DNA from: a virus
IMG/VR virus record: IMGVR_UViG_3300049793_000099
Span: 32,911-96,910 of that record
Direction: 5' to 3' (one strand)
DNA: 64,000 bases
Made by a program: the position numbers and the translations under genes. A model generated the notes under the pieces. The model was not told the DNA's origin. It saw only the letters and a list, made by a program, of their open reading frames with translations, and ran no database searches. How positions within the stretch are numbered: the stretch's first letter is position 1; each line of letters begins with the position of its first letter. Positions 29,701-39,669 of this stretch are shown here, piece by piece.

Positions 29701-31095
29701 ATTAATTTTATCACGAAGTCTTTCAGTTTGCTTTCTATCTGCAATATCTTGACCATGTCCTGTAATTACTGATATAGGAGAACCCATCATCCCACCTAAA
29801 AAACCAGCAATTTGACCTTCTGTAGTACCTAAAGTTTTAATAAAATCTGAACCAAATGTAAGTGGATTGTAATCATTTAAACGACTATTACCTAATTTAC
29901 CTTTTATTGCAGAATCAACATTTCTATTTTCTGTAACTGTTTGAGCTATTTCTTCAGAACCTTCTGATAAAAATGTTTCTCCAATTCTTTCACCAGCTTT
30001 CTTTAAACTTTCTTTAAATCCTGTTTTTTCAATACTTCCAATTTTATCTAATAATACTTTAGATGGAGTTTTACCAAATAACATTTTAGATTGAATATAA
30101 TTAGGAACAGCTAAGATAGCAATATTTTTAATAAATGTGTTTTGCATCGCTAAAGCTTTTTGTTCTTTAAAAGCTTCTTCTACAGTCTTATTACTTATAT
30201 CGTTAGATAGTTTATTATATTCATCAATATTTATTTCACCATTTCTTCTACGAATATCTAATTCTTGCAATGCTTTCGATTGTTGAGCTGGATAATTTTG
30301 TATAAACTCACCTTTTCTAGAGTCTAAATCATCAGAAACACCTTTAGCTTCAGAACCTGCTTCCGCAATAGTATTAAATGCAGGAATCATATATTGATCT
30401 ATTTTATCTATAGTAATACCCGCTTCCATTAAAGCTTTTCTACCAGCTTCCATCCCTTCACCATATTTAGCTAATTTAGCAGCTTTGATAGATGCTCCAA
30501 ATAATGAATTAGCACCCCCCGCCAATTTAAATATTGCACCTGGAGCTAACATTCCTAACATGAATCCTGCACCATCAGCACCATCTTCTGCCCAAAATGC
30601 AGAGGATGATACTTTATCAAAAAAATCACCATTTTTAACTGATTCTTTAGTGTAAACAGGCAATGCTTCTTTAACTTTTTCATCTAATCCATCAAAATAT
30701 TTAACCCATTGATTGTTAAATGCTGTTTCAAAACCTTCATTTTTATCAGCAAATGGTGATATTGCAATACCTCCAATTACACCAGGAAGTTTAGCTACTT
30801 CTACTGCAGCTTTAGCTCCTGCTCTAGCTAAACCAATTCCTAAATGATCTAACCCAGATTGTTGTTCTGCACGATGTTCATTTATAGAACCTTGTATATT
30901 ATCAGGATTTATATCAGCACCCCAGTTTAAATTTTCATCATAAACAGAGTTTCCATAATCAGTATTGATAGCCAATACACCAGATGTATTTCTTCCAAAC
31001 ATTGTAGATGTTGGGCTTGGTTTACTTTGGGTAGTGTTATTTTTTTTATCTCGATCTTTAAAATAATCATCGTATGTTTTTCTTCCGTTTATCAT
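26707..31095 (-). CDS. Large virion cargo (ejection) protein
   Basis: 1462 aa; Gly/Ala-rich hydrophobic N-terminal segments and coiled-coil middle; directly upstream of the RNAP gene. Confidence 0.7.
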   Translation of the reverse strand: MINGRKTYDDYFKDRDKKNNTTQSKPSPTSTMFGRNTSGVLAINTDYGNSVYDENLNWGADINPDNIQGSINEHRAEQQSGLDHLGIGLARAGAKAAVEVAKLPGVIGGIAISPFADKNEGFETAFNNQWVKYFDGLDEKVKEALPVYTKESVKNGDFFDKVSSSAFWAEDGADGAGFMLGMLAPGAIFKLAGGANSLFGASIKAAKLAKYGEGMEAGRKALMEAGITIDKIDQYMIPAFNTIAEAGSEAKGVSDDLDSRKGEFIQNYPAQQSKALQELDIRRRNGEINIDEYNKLSNDISNKTVEEAFKEQKALAMQNTFIKNIAILAVPNYIQSKMLFGKTPSKVLLDKIGSIEKTGFKESLKKAGERIGETFLSEGSEEIAQTVTENRNVDSAIKGKLGNSRLNDYNPLTFGSDFIKTLGTTEGQIAGFLGGMMGSPISVITGHGQDIADRKQTERLRDKINGESTAYQDVVKTNLYKQEEYTNPETGEVSTRDKLVNGKKVFIPEAVVKVKNALDLTEQHSQIYDKAIQESDTNTIEYLKGQAEFNLIQKFIGEDQVTLDGLHEYLKVAFPTETSKDISEEQVKINKENIERVDKIMKKATSLQKDLSSYKDTAASIIRIDNPEVTEEHLVDFMNRVGSTFISDRAEEFDAKDKLQKLQKQRADLETNSSIIEIINPNYIEGKTEDIFKTIKTKTNNPRLNLVNSQIIKVEEQLKDFEEATNSTIWDNEWLNNKINNEVVAKKKLQEATSPEIVAKAEEISQVINNATTTDELDNLPKTNTNVDKVLQQKANEKKVEIIAKEEVINNEERVNATQEDSDFNNVTTYDGLTATEGSIVTDELIPQENENNTSEELKSIQNSEVDYGLGVKVISTDRNTGLPLNFISEQFPLYLEYEREPVNKSGKEVGFEINQNPGKNPKVIVALNAFNNKDFSNPKLLIDFLPINVQFTNEVKAPIETRRITNDINIATELLRIEIVNNLIKGISINDIKTTIQDQYKGLLKVDSNRFANNNILQLNGIKDLNYIRENIYVINSFGKLQNILNDKIFEFNNDKIKPNAAGEIYLTIPQTNGKLFPLKLNIKKISESEAVLLYEIYKEIITNEKSLDTTISEVNNDLKETITTNFEAELNIIGGNKNDIKLQEIIDLLIYQSANIKSQMQIVNGILYYGDKESTIDTIEQDQNEIIDFLINQKRHQIKINPKSEIDNTKTNLKSNSADYLKYLVDNNILSTNAVVNEPTFQGYTNIYLNTSITVTNQPKVSESGVEVKIDNTGFDSLFGNNQEIIKDVQEKFKASKIEVEYLKNNLTTNNVLILARYILRSDINDGKLSEQDLIKNFYSISKKASENILNRLNELFKKERNFNRLDIEINNLLNNIRNSQENFLSLSEIPGTVENFEIKETQDRVFNEKRNPKQRQTDFRRMDVLFKKKQEGNLTSEKELRDFEMFKQMYPQEYEKRCK
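26929..26960 (-). promoter_or_regulatory. Bacteroidota sigma-A-type promoter inside a CDS, upstream of the RNAP gene
   Basis: Minus strand TTAG(GAAT)-N20-TATCTTTG, same layout as the promoters at 35533 and 42595. Confidence 0.6.
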
Positions 31096-31096
31096 T

Positions 31097-32905
31097 TTAA
31101 TGTTCCATTATTAATTGCATTTGTTGAATAAATTGTTCATTATTCATTTTTGGAGATTCTTGATAACCATCCATTTGTATTTGAAATGTATTATCATCAT
31201 TAACTTTAACTTTAGCTTTAGATAACTCTTTACTTCCTGAATATTTACCAGTAGGATTAACCCATTCTCCTAAATTATTAAGTCCTGATTTATAAGTTTG
31301 ATTAATCTCTTGCATTTTTCTAAATGTAGGATCTTTCATTTCATTAGGAGTTCTACTAATAACTACATTAGCTTTAACATTTCCATCTTTATCTAAAATT
31401 TGAGCACGATGTGCCATTGTAGATTGTTCAAATTTATTTTCAAAACCATAATTACTATAATTTATAGGAGATTCTACACCTAAATAATCAACTTTATCTC
31501 CTGTTTCAAATTTAACTTTTTTACCAGTTTCTACATCAATCATAGTTCTAAGTGGAGAACCATCTTCAGTTTGTCTTAAATCTTGAGTTAACGTTCTATT
31601 TCTTGAAGTTTGATCTTTAGATGCTAAATTACCTGAAAATAATTTATTATCAATAGCTACATCTGCTCTAATAATATCTGATGCAACTGTTGGAAATTTC
31701 ATATGGTTTTTCATATAAAATCCAATTTTTTCAGCATTATCTGTACTATTTAAATCTGCATTTTCAGAAAGTTTTCCTGATTTTATTAATCTTTTTGCGG
31801 CAGTTTCATAAAATTTTTGTTGCATTGGAGATAAAACATCTTTATAAGTTTGTACACCTGATTTTTGAGGTGTATAACCACCACTTGTACCCATTGTAAC
31901 TGCAGAACCAACACCACCAGTATTTCCTAATGTGCTACCAATTTTAGTAAAATTAATTTCTCCAGTATCTTTATCTAAATTTTTAATAGTACTTGGATCT
32001 TGTATCGCATCATTAAATATCGAACCTTTAATGTTTCCATCTTTAGTTGGTTTAGGTGCTGCAATGTATTGAGCATTTTCACCTCTATTATCAATAACTT
32101 TATTAGATAACATACTATTAATTCCTGAAGTAAGTTGGTTATATATATTTTGTGTATTATCACCTTCGAACTTAATAGAATCTTGCCATTCTTTACTAGC
32201 TAATCTTTGATTAACAAGATTTTGTGCAGATTGTAAATTAGGTTTATTTGAAGTTTCAATTCTTCTACCACTTCTATCTACCATAACCATTCCTCCATCA
32301 GGACTTGGTTGAAAACTATATCCAGAAGCTTTCATTTCACCCACAACTTGTTCGCCTAATAAACTATGAACATCTTTAAGTACATCCATTACTTCAACTT
32401 TTTTAGGTGCTCCTAATTGACCTATGTTGGATATATTATTACCTTCAAAACCTGTATATTGTTTAGAAAAATTATTCCAATTAGCTAAAGCCCTTTCTCT
32501 AGACCATCCTTTATTTTTTTGAGCATCATCTAAATAATCATTAAAATTTTTAGAATAAACTTGTTTTGCTGCATTTATTTGACCTAATCTACCTGTTGGT
32601 GATATAAGATTTTGATATTCTCTATTAAGTGCTAAAAAGTCTCCTTGTGTATTTGGATTAACGCCCTCTCTACTTAATAATTCAGCTTGTGATGCTAATT
32701 TATTTTCTATTCCAGATTTAACATTTAAAGCTTCATTCATATGTACATCTAAGGGATCAACTTTAGCTAATCCTTGTCTTAACATTTCTTGTTGAGCTAT
32801 TAATTGGTCGTGTTTTTGTCGTTGCATCAAAGGTATCATCATAGTCTCTTGAAGACTTAATGGATTGAAATTTGAAACACTACCGTTGTCGTAACGATTT
32901 GCCAT
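31097..32905 (-). CDS. Virion cargo protein
   Basis: 602 aa in the cargo operon, coupled to its neighbours. Confidence 0.65.
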   Translation of the reverse strand: MANRYDNGSVSNFNPLSLQETMMIPLMQRQKHDQLIAQQEMLRQGLAKVDPLDVHMNEALNVKSGIENKLASQAELLSREGVNPNTQGDFLALNREYQNLISPTGRLGQINAAKQVYSKNFNDYLDDAQKNKGWSRERALANWNNFSKQYTGFEGNNISNIGQLGAPKKVEVMDVLKDVHSLLGEQVVGEMKASGYSFQPSPDGGMVMVDRSGRRIETSNKPNLQSAQNLVNQRLASKEWQDSIKFEGDNTQNIYNQLTSGINSMLSNKVIDNRGENAQYIAAPKPTKDGNIKGSIFNDAIQDPSTIKNLDKDTGEINFTKIGSTLGNTGGVGSAVTMGTSGGYTPQKSGVQTYKDVLSPMQQKFYETAAKRLIKSGKLSENADLNSTDNAEKIGFYMKNHMKFPTVASDIIRADVAIDNKLFSGNLASKDQTSRNRTLTQDLRQTEDGSPLRTMIDVETGKKVKFETGDKVDYLGVESPINYSNYGFENKFEQSTMAHRAQILDKDGNVKANVVISRTPNEMKDPTFRKMQEINQTYKSGLNNLGEWVNPTGKYSGSKELSKAKVKVNDDNTFQIQMDGYQESPKMNNEQFIQQMQLIMEH

Positions 32906-35496
32906 TATTTTCCTTTATTTTTTAATAAGTAACCACCTAAAGCTTTTTTAGATGTACTATCTGTTAATACTCCTGCTTTTTCAGCAGCAGCTTTAATTTC
33001 TGCTGGTGTAGCATTGGGATTAGTTTTTTGATATTCTCCAAGCCAACTATAACCTGTTGTAGTTTTAGCTATTTTTTTATAAATTTCTTCTTTACCAACT
33101 TCACCGATATCATTACCAATTGCAGATATATATTTAGATTTTTCATTACGATAAGCTGCTGAATTTCTATCATTAATATCTAATTCCGAATTAGATTGTT
33201 GTAGATTAGTTTGATCAACACCTAAATTAAATTGTTGAGCAACAGCCTCTTGTTGTCTGTTTTGAGCTTCGGCATTCATATAAGCATTCGATAAAGCTTT
33301 AGTTTTATTTAATTGAGAACCTAATATTGCATTTCTAACAACCCCTTGTGATGCACCTGATTGTTGAATTGCAGAATTAGTATTATTTAACTCTTGATTA
33401 ACAATATTTTGTTGCTGAGCCATATCTACATAACTAGGTTTGTATCTATTATCAAGTCTACTAAGTCTAATTCCATTTGGTTTTTTAAGTTTAGCTAATT
33501 GATAAGCATTTGCTGCAATTGGTGCATATCTTGCTATATTGCCAGCATTATTATTTATATAATTCCCAACTTTACTTGCATTGTATTCTAACATATCTAA
33601 ATTAGAAGGTCCTGGCGTAGTAATTCTATTTGCATTTGAAATATCAACAATTGGTTGTGTTCCAATTGTATAAGGTGTTGTTGCTGAAGCAGGTTTTAAG
33701 AAATTTTGTAAACCATTTGGATCTTGATTTCTTGCATTTAATTTTAAATTTTCATAATAATCTCCTCCATCAGCCATTTGTTTAAGTTTACCACCATATG
33801 CAGCATAGTTGATATTATCTTTTGAATTATTAGAAGCTATAGTATTAATTGCTTTTGTAATTTTATCATTATCATATGTTTGATAGAAATTCTCTGATTC
33901 TAAACCTTTATCTTTAATCCTTTGTTCTAAATCTTTTTGATTTATTGTTTCTCCAGGTTTCATACCCAACTTAATTCTAAGTTGATGAAAATTTCCATAA
34001 GATTCTTCAGGAGTGTTCATATATCTTTTAACTACATTAGGTGCATTCTTAGTTTTTTGTTCAAAAGGGGAACCTAATACTCGTTTAAGAGCAGATCCTA
34101 ATATTACATCTTGACCTCCAGCATGTACACGTTCGTGTTGTATTACCCCACCATCAACACCTTTTTGATATACAATTTGTTCTTGTGGAGCAGAAGTTTC
34201 GTATCCTTGAAATTCAGCTTGACTATCTTGTCCAAATAATGGATTAGCAGCACTAGTTTGTTTTATAGGAACATTAGCTCCATAATTTGTAAGATCTAAT
34301 AATCTTTTTTTATTATATCCTGTATTCTTTTCAAATTTTTTAAGTGTTGCAGGATCTTTATACCAATTTACATAATTTTTAGTAGCTTGTGCTACTGCTG
34401 GATCATCTATTTTAGGAATTGTTATATTATCACTTGTAGGTATACTTCTTGAAAGTTTTTGATTAAACTCTTTAATTGGAGATAAAATTAACGTATCACC
34501 ATTTCTTCTAATATCTTTTTTAGGTGGATCTATTTCACCACCTAAAGCATATTGATCTGAAAATTGATTGTTATATGTTTGTGCATTTTTAGCTAAATAT
34601 CTATTTTCAGCTCTTTCTCTAGATTTACCTGCGATAACACCACTAATAAATGGCGCTGCTAACGATAGTCCTTTTTCAAATTGTGTAGAATCTTTACTTT
34701 GTAGCACCTCTCTTTGTCCTGCAGAAGGATCAAAAAGTCCTGTAGATACATCCCTACCTTTTTCTCCTCCAACAGCCTCTCCAGCAGCTAATAATCCTTT
34801 TTTCGCTCCAAATATTAATCCTGCAATAGGAAACACACTTGCTACAGCTTTAGTTGCACTATCATACGCTTGATCTTGACCTTTAAGTTTAGGATTAAAT
34901 GTATATTTTTTATCTAATGCAGATGATGGTAAACTTGCTAAACTATCCCCTACTGCAGTTCCTATTGCACCTGCAGTAGACGAAACTCCTGTACCAGAAG
35001 AAGTATTGTCGGTTGTTCCTAATTTTGTAGATTCTAGTGCATTATCACTTGTATTGATTGTTAATCCACCACCAAACATCTGTTTTCTATATCCACCAAA
35101 TGCCATTTGACTCATTCCGTCAGGAGTTTCGGAATAATTTTGTTGTTCCATTTCAGGTTCTTGAGGTTTCATAAATTCCTGAGCTTCTGCTATTTTAGAT
35201 AACATTGAATCTTTAGTAGATTGTGAAATTTTATCATTTCTACCTTTAAATTTATTATCTATAAACTTAGTAGCATCTGCTACAGATTTACCAATTAAAG
35301 ATTTAGGTAGATTATATTGGGATACACTATTTTCATCTAAAAATATTCTATTGCTATATACGAAATTATTTTGCTTTGTCTCATTTTCTTCTACACTATT
35401 ATTATTACCGATAGGAATTCCTCCCAAAGGATTTTGAGAATGTAAACCACCTGTATCAAATCGAGTAAGGTCTCCACCTTGTGCATATCTGCTCAT
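32905..35496 (-). CDS. Virion cargo protein with repeated xxxGG motifs and an internal HExxH module
   Basis: 863 aa; eight GG-ended motifs, HERVH at 34123-34137, Gln-rich C-terminal coiled coil. Confidence 0.7.
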   Translation of the reverse strand: MSRYAQGGDLTRFDTGGLHSQNPLGGIPIGNNNSVEENETKQNNFVYSNRIFLDENSVSQYNLPKSLIGKSVADATKFIDNKFKGRNDKISQSTKDSMLSKIAEAQEFMKPQEPEMEQQNYSETPDGMSQMAFGGYRKQMFGGGLTINTSDNALESTKLGTTDNTSSGTGVSSTAGAIGTAVGDSLASLPSSALDKKYTFNPKLKGQDQAYDSATKAVASVFPIAGLIFGAKKGLLAAGEAVGGEKGRDVSTGLFDPSAGQREVLQSKDSTQFEKGLSLAAPFISGVIAGKSRERAENRYLAKNAQTYNNQFSDQYALGGEIDPPKKDIRRNGDTLILSPIKEFNQKLSRSIPTSDNITIPKIDDPAVAQATKNYVNWYKDPATLKKFEKNTGYNKKRLLDLTNYGANVPIKQTSAANPLFGQDSQAEFQGYETSAPQEQIVYQKGVDGGVIQHERVHAGGQDVILGSALKRVLGSPFEQKTKNAPNVVKRYMNTPEESYGNFHQLRIKLGMKPGETINQKDLEQRIKDKGLESENFYQTYDNDKITKAINTIASNNSKDNINYAAYGGKLKQMADGGDYYENLKLNARNQDPNGLQNFLKPASATTPYTIGTQPIVDISNANRITTPGPSNLDMLEYNASKVGNYINNNAGNIARYAPIAANAYQLAKLKKPNGIRLSRLDNRYKPSYVDMAQQQNIVNQELNNTNSAIQQSGASQGVVRNAILGSQLNKTKALSNAYMNAEAQNRQQEAVAQQFNLGVDQTNLQQSNSELDINDRNSAAYRNEKSKYISAIGNDIGEVGKEEIYKKIAKTTTGYSWLGEYQKTNPNATPAEIKAAAEKAGVLTDSTSKKALGGYLLKNKGK

Positions 35497-35532
35497 ATTA
35501 TATGTTTTTTATATATTATCTTTGTAGGTTTA

Positions 35533-35564
35533 CAAAGATAGACTATTTTTAAATTTATTCCAAA
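35533..35564 (-). promoter_or_regulatory. Bacteroidota sigma-A-type promoter for the cargo operon
   Basis: Minus strand TTTG-N20-TATCTTTG, an exact match to the TTTG/TAnnTTTG consensus. Confidence 0.8.
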
Positions 35565-35588
35565 TAATTTATTGTATATTTTATAATC

Positions 35589-35634
35589 AAAAAAAGGTAT
35601 AGATTCTATTAATTAAAATATTATCTACACCTTT
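35589..35634 (-). terminator. Intrinsic terminator after the tail muzzle gene
   Basis: Minus strand AAAGGTGTAGAT/ATCTATACCTTT stem with T-run. Confidence 0.7.
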
Positions 35635-35643
35635 ATTGTTGTT

Positions 35644-38600
35644 TTACACACTATAACTGATAATTATATCATGCAGTATTAATTTATAATTAGAGGTATT
35701 ATCAAATTGTAATACTAATTTAACCCAAGGATTTCTAATTCTTTCTCTAGAATTTTGATTACGAGGTAGAATAGCATTCCAATCTCTAAACTTTCTCCTA
35801 AGATTTGAATTTCTACTCAATGTTAATGGTATTAAGCCAGAATCCTGATATTCATTATAAAGTCTAATTTTAGTTAATGTTTTATCGGGTTGATCTACAT
35901 CATTTAAATATACTTCAGATTTATACATTATATTGTCAAATACAGTATCTAAATTTGAATCAGGATTAACATTTAATATTACATAAGAAGGATAATTTAT
36001 ACCATAAAAATTATTATAATTTCCTTCATATTGACGATATATCGATTTTAAATTAGGATTAGTTGTAATAAAATATTGACCTTTACTTATATACATGCTT
36101 GGTAAATAATCATAAAAAGATATAAATTGATCTCTAGATTCATTAAAAGATAATGTGAATGATTCTTCACTATTTAAGAATGTCATAAAAACATCATTAT
36201 TAATATAATCAAAACCTGCCGAAATACCTTGTTTAATTAAAGGATTGTTTATTTTAAGACCTTCTAATTCAATATTTTTAATAAAGTATGTATGCATACC
36301 TTTAGTATCAGATAAACCGTTTATTTGACTTTTAAAAACACAAAATGCTTTATTTAATAAATCAAAATAATATATACCTTGAGATGTTGAAACAACACTC
36401 CATTTATTTAATGTACCACTATCTGTTGAAATATATTGATATCTATCAAGAACACTACCAGTACCTAATTGTACAGCTAAACCATCACTACCTGTAATTT
36501 GAACTCTAGGACTTATAGATATAAAAGAAAAAGCTTTATCTTGAATACAATATGTTTCATCATTAAAACTAGTTAAACTATTAATTGGTCCATGTTTACC
36601 ATCTAATGTCATTATTTCATTAGGTAATATATCTGTCCAATTATCTATAAGCTCTCCTGCTGATTTTAATTTTGTTGTAATAATATTTGTATCTAAACTA
36701 TTTATTTTTTTAATATTATAATTTAAACCTGTTCGTTGTATTAAATCTGGAACTTGGGAATATACTTTATTATATTTATGATATTCACTATCAATAGGTT
36801 GAAATCTAGAATCCCATGGTAATAAACTTAAATCATTTCTATTTGGTAAATCTATTGTAGTTTCAGTTAAAAAATTAACAATTTCTTCTAATACATAAAC
36901 ACCTTCTGCAATATCATTACTATCTGTACGTACCACCCTAAGAAATTTAAATCCATTTACAAATGTATCGCCTGGTGAGTCAATTAATATTGAAGGATTT
37001 AAACTATCAAACTCTACGAATTCTCCAATTTCAATATAGTTACTACGTTTTTTATCTTCATAACTATTACCTCCATAAATATTACCTAAATAGATCTCAG
37101 AATCACCTTTAACAAGTTCTCCAATTAAACCATTATTGTCACCACTAAGTCCTGCACTTACACACATTGATTCAAGTAATGGTCTATTAAAATGTTCAAT
37201 TGAAGAATCATCTGAACCAGTAACTAATGTTAAACATCTATTACCATAAGATCTTATAGAGATAATTCTTCTACCATATTTACCATCATCATCATAAAAA
37301 GTATCACCATCAGTTAATACACTTTCTAATGAATTTATATATCTATAATTAGGATCGTTATTGTAATTTGTACCTGCTTGACCTTTTTCAGTAATTTCAG
37401 GTTTACCATATATATCTATATATAATGGTGTTGGAGATTTTATATAATTAGTATGTACTCCTAAATCTGGATTAACATCTCCATATTCTCTATTAAACAT
37501 TGAGTGTATTACTCTATCTGCATTACTTACCCCAGGATGAGATATTAAACCTCTATCAAGAATATTATCCACATTTCCTTCACCAATATCTATTATAGTT
37601 TGATCAGTTACTGAATAATTAGGAGATATACCGTTAAAAGCCTTCCCTTCGATTGTAATTACATCGTCATCTGAATATCTTCTCAACCATGAACTATTAT
37701 AACTATTTTTTAACGAACCTTTTATCTTAAGTTTGAGATTATCTGAAATAGATATTGATTCGTTAAATAATATTTCTGGAGAATATAATTGTAACATTGA
37801 ATTAAACTGATATAACCTTCCAGAAACATCTGAATCACCATAATAACTAAGTTGAACTTCAGTATCTGGCGAATCTCTATTTTCATTCATCAATCTTAAA
37901 TGTTCGGCTTTACGAAGAGGTTGTGTATTACCGTTTAAAGTTGTATTATTGCAATTTCTAACAAGTATATTGGGTAATTTAGGTAAATTGTTTACAATAG
38001 GTAAAGTTGGAGTTGCGCTATTATCTGTAGTTTTAAAATCAATCATCATGGGTGTTAATAATCCATTTGAAACGATAGTTCTATCACTTAATTTTCTTTC
38101 AGCGATTATCACTTTATATCCAGTAGGGATATCGTATATTGAATCAAATAAATTAGTAGATAACCAAGTAAAAAAAGCAGGCTTTAATGTAAGTTTAAAG
38201 GTATTGTAATTACCTGCTAAATTACCATCTCTAGCTTTAATATCTGCAATCCATTTAGGTTGTGATATTTGACCATAGGCATTAAAAAATTCAATACCTA
38301 TTCGATATATTTCATCATCTTTAAAATATTTACCTTTCTTATTGTATATAGTGGTTTGAGTAAGTTCGTAAGAAATGTATTTACCTTCTCCTCCAAATGT
38401 TATACCATCTTTTTGAAATTTATATACATTAGGGTGTAAATTTACACTATCATGTTTGATAAGTTCACTGTTATCATAATCAGCATCGGTAGTTATTGTA
38501 AATAATGTACCATCTGGTACTCCAGCAGTTAATTTTAAATCTTTATATATTTCTGCTATATTTGAAGAATTGTAAGAGTAAGCTCGAGTATCTAAATCAA

Positions 38601-39663
38601 CATCAAAATTAATTTCTTTATAGTTTGCAAAAAATAATCTATTAAATTTTGTATTTATATGCTTTGGAATAATAATATCGGATCCTAGAAATATAAATTC
38701 CTCTAGAGATAATGTACTAATTACTATACCATCATCAAATATTTCTATACTACCATTAGAAGGAATACTCCTATCGTCTATTAACGATATACTTGGTACT
38801 TCATTGTAAGAAGTGTATTTAATAGCGTATACTTTAATATTTGTATAAGTATTATCTAAATTATCGATTAAAACAATTGGTGCAGATCCTACAAACTCAT
38901 TTACAGTACCACCACCAAATATACCTCTATCAAGAGGTACTAGTTTACTTAAAGGACTTATTTTTGTTTGAGAAGAATTAATACGATATAAATTATAAGC
39001 GTATTGTATCATACCTGCGGTATGTACGCCACCAGTAGTAATATCTGTTATAATAGGTTGTTTTAAAGTTGTTTTACCAACCATATCTATAACATTTTGA
39101 GAAACATCGATTAATTCTTCAAGATCTTGATTAGCAATTGAATGTTCAATGTTAATGAACCTCATTTGACTTATACCATCAACCCAATAAACTTTATCAA
39201 TAAATTCATTTTCAAAATTATTAATTGTTTGAATTGGGTTGTTAATTGAGAAATTTAGATTTCTAAGATATAATAAAGTAATCTCGTATGTTTCATAATC
39301 AACTTTCCAAATACAATCGAATCCTGTATTATCTGTAGTAAATAATATAATATATTTTCTACTGTTTGAATAACCAATTATAACTTGATCTCCACTTTGA
39401 CCTTCATAATCAATTTCATCATTAATATAAGATAATGTTTTATCACCATAACTAATTATTTTAATATCATAATCTATTATAGGTACTGGGATAGTTAAAA
39501 TTAAAGAATTACCTTTTTCATTTGTAACAGACCCCAAACTTTGTGAATCTGTTGCATTAATTCTAATATTTTTTCCTTCATAATAAAAATTTGGTTGATA
39601 TTGAGAAGAGGTAGTGTCCTGATTCATTCCATTATACGAATGTTTTGTTTGTTTATTCGTCAT
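35644..39663 (-). CDS. Tail stabilisation / muzzle protein (P22 gp10-like, crAss-type)
   Basis: 1339 aa, beta-rich; GMNQD...NIRI N-terminus and RRKFRDWN..PR...RIRNPW C-terminus; synteny. Confidence 0.75.
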   Translation of the reverse strand: MTNKQTKHSYNGMNQDTTSSQYQPNFYYEGKNIRINATDSQSLGSVTNEKGNSLILTIPVPIIDYDIKIISYGDKTLSYINDEIDYEGQSGDQVIIGYSNSRKYIILFTTDNTGFDCIWKVDYETYEITLLYLRNLNFSINNPIQTINNFENEFIDKVYWVDGISQMRFINIEHSIANQDLEELIDVSQNVIDMVGKTTLKQPIITDITTGGVHTAGMIQYAYNLYRINSSQTKISPLSKLVPLDRGIFGGGTVNEFVGSAPIVLIDNLDNTYTNIKVYAIKYTSYNEVPSISLIDDRSIPSNGSIEIFDDGIVISTLSLEEFIFLGSDIIIPKHINTKFNRLFFANYKEINFDVDLDTRAYSYNSSNIAEIYKDLKLTAGVPDGTLFTITTDADYDNSELIKHDSVNLHPNVYKFQKDGITFGGEGKYISYELTQTTIYNKKGKYFKDDEIYRIGIEFFNAYGQISQPKWIADIKARDGNLAGNYNTFKLTLKPAFFTWLSTNLFDSIYDIPTGYKVIIAERKLSDRTIVSNGLLTPMMIDFKTTDNSATPTLPIVNNLPKLPNILVRNCNNTTLNGNTQPLRKAEHLRLMNENRDSPDTEVQLSYYGDSDVSGRLYQFNSMLQLYSPEILFNESISISDNLKLKIKGSLKNSYNSSWLRRYSDDDVITIEGKAFNGISPNYSVTDQTIIDIGEGNVDNILDRGLISHPGVSNADRVIHSMFNREYGDVNPDLGVHTNYIKSPTPLYIDIYGKPEITEKGQAGTNYNNDPNYRYINSLESVLTDGDTFYDDDGKYGRRIISIRSYGNRCLTLVTGSDDSSIEHFNRPLLESMCVSAGLSGDNNGLIGELVKGDSEIYLGNIYGGNSYEDKKRSNYIEIGEFVEFDSLNPSILIDSPGDTFVNGFKFLRVVRTDSNDIAEGVYVLEEIVNFLTETTIDLPNRNDLSLLPWDSRFQPIDSEYHKYNKVYSQVPDLIQRTGLNYNIKKINSLDTNIITTKLKSAGELIDNWTDILPNEIMTLDGKHGPINSLTSFNDETYCIQDKAFSFISISPRVQITGSDGLAVQLGTGSVLDRYQYISTDSGTLNKWSVVSTSQGIYYFDLLNKAFCVFKSQINGLSDTKGMHTYFIKNIELEGLKINNPLIKQGISAGFDYINNDVFMTFLNSEESFTLSFNESRDQFISFYDYLPSMYISKGQYFITTNPNLKSIYRQYEGNYNNFYGINYPSYVILNVNPDSNLDTVFDNIMYKSEVYLNDVDQPDKTLTKIRLYNEYQDSGLIPLTLSRNSNLRRKFRDWNAILPRNQNSRERIRNPWVKLVLQFDNTSNYKLILHDIIISYSV

Positions 39664-39669
39664 AATAGA

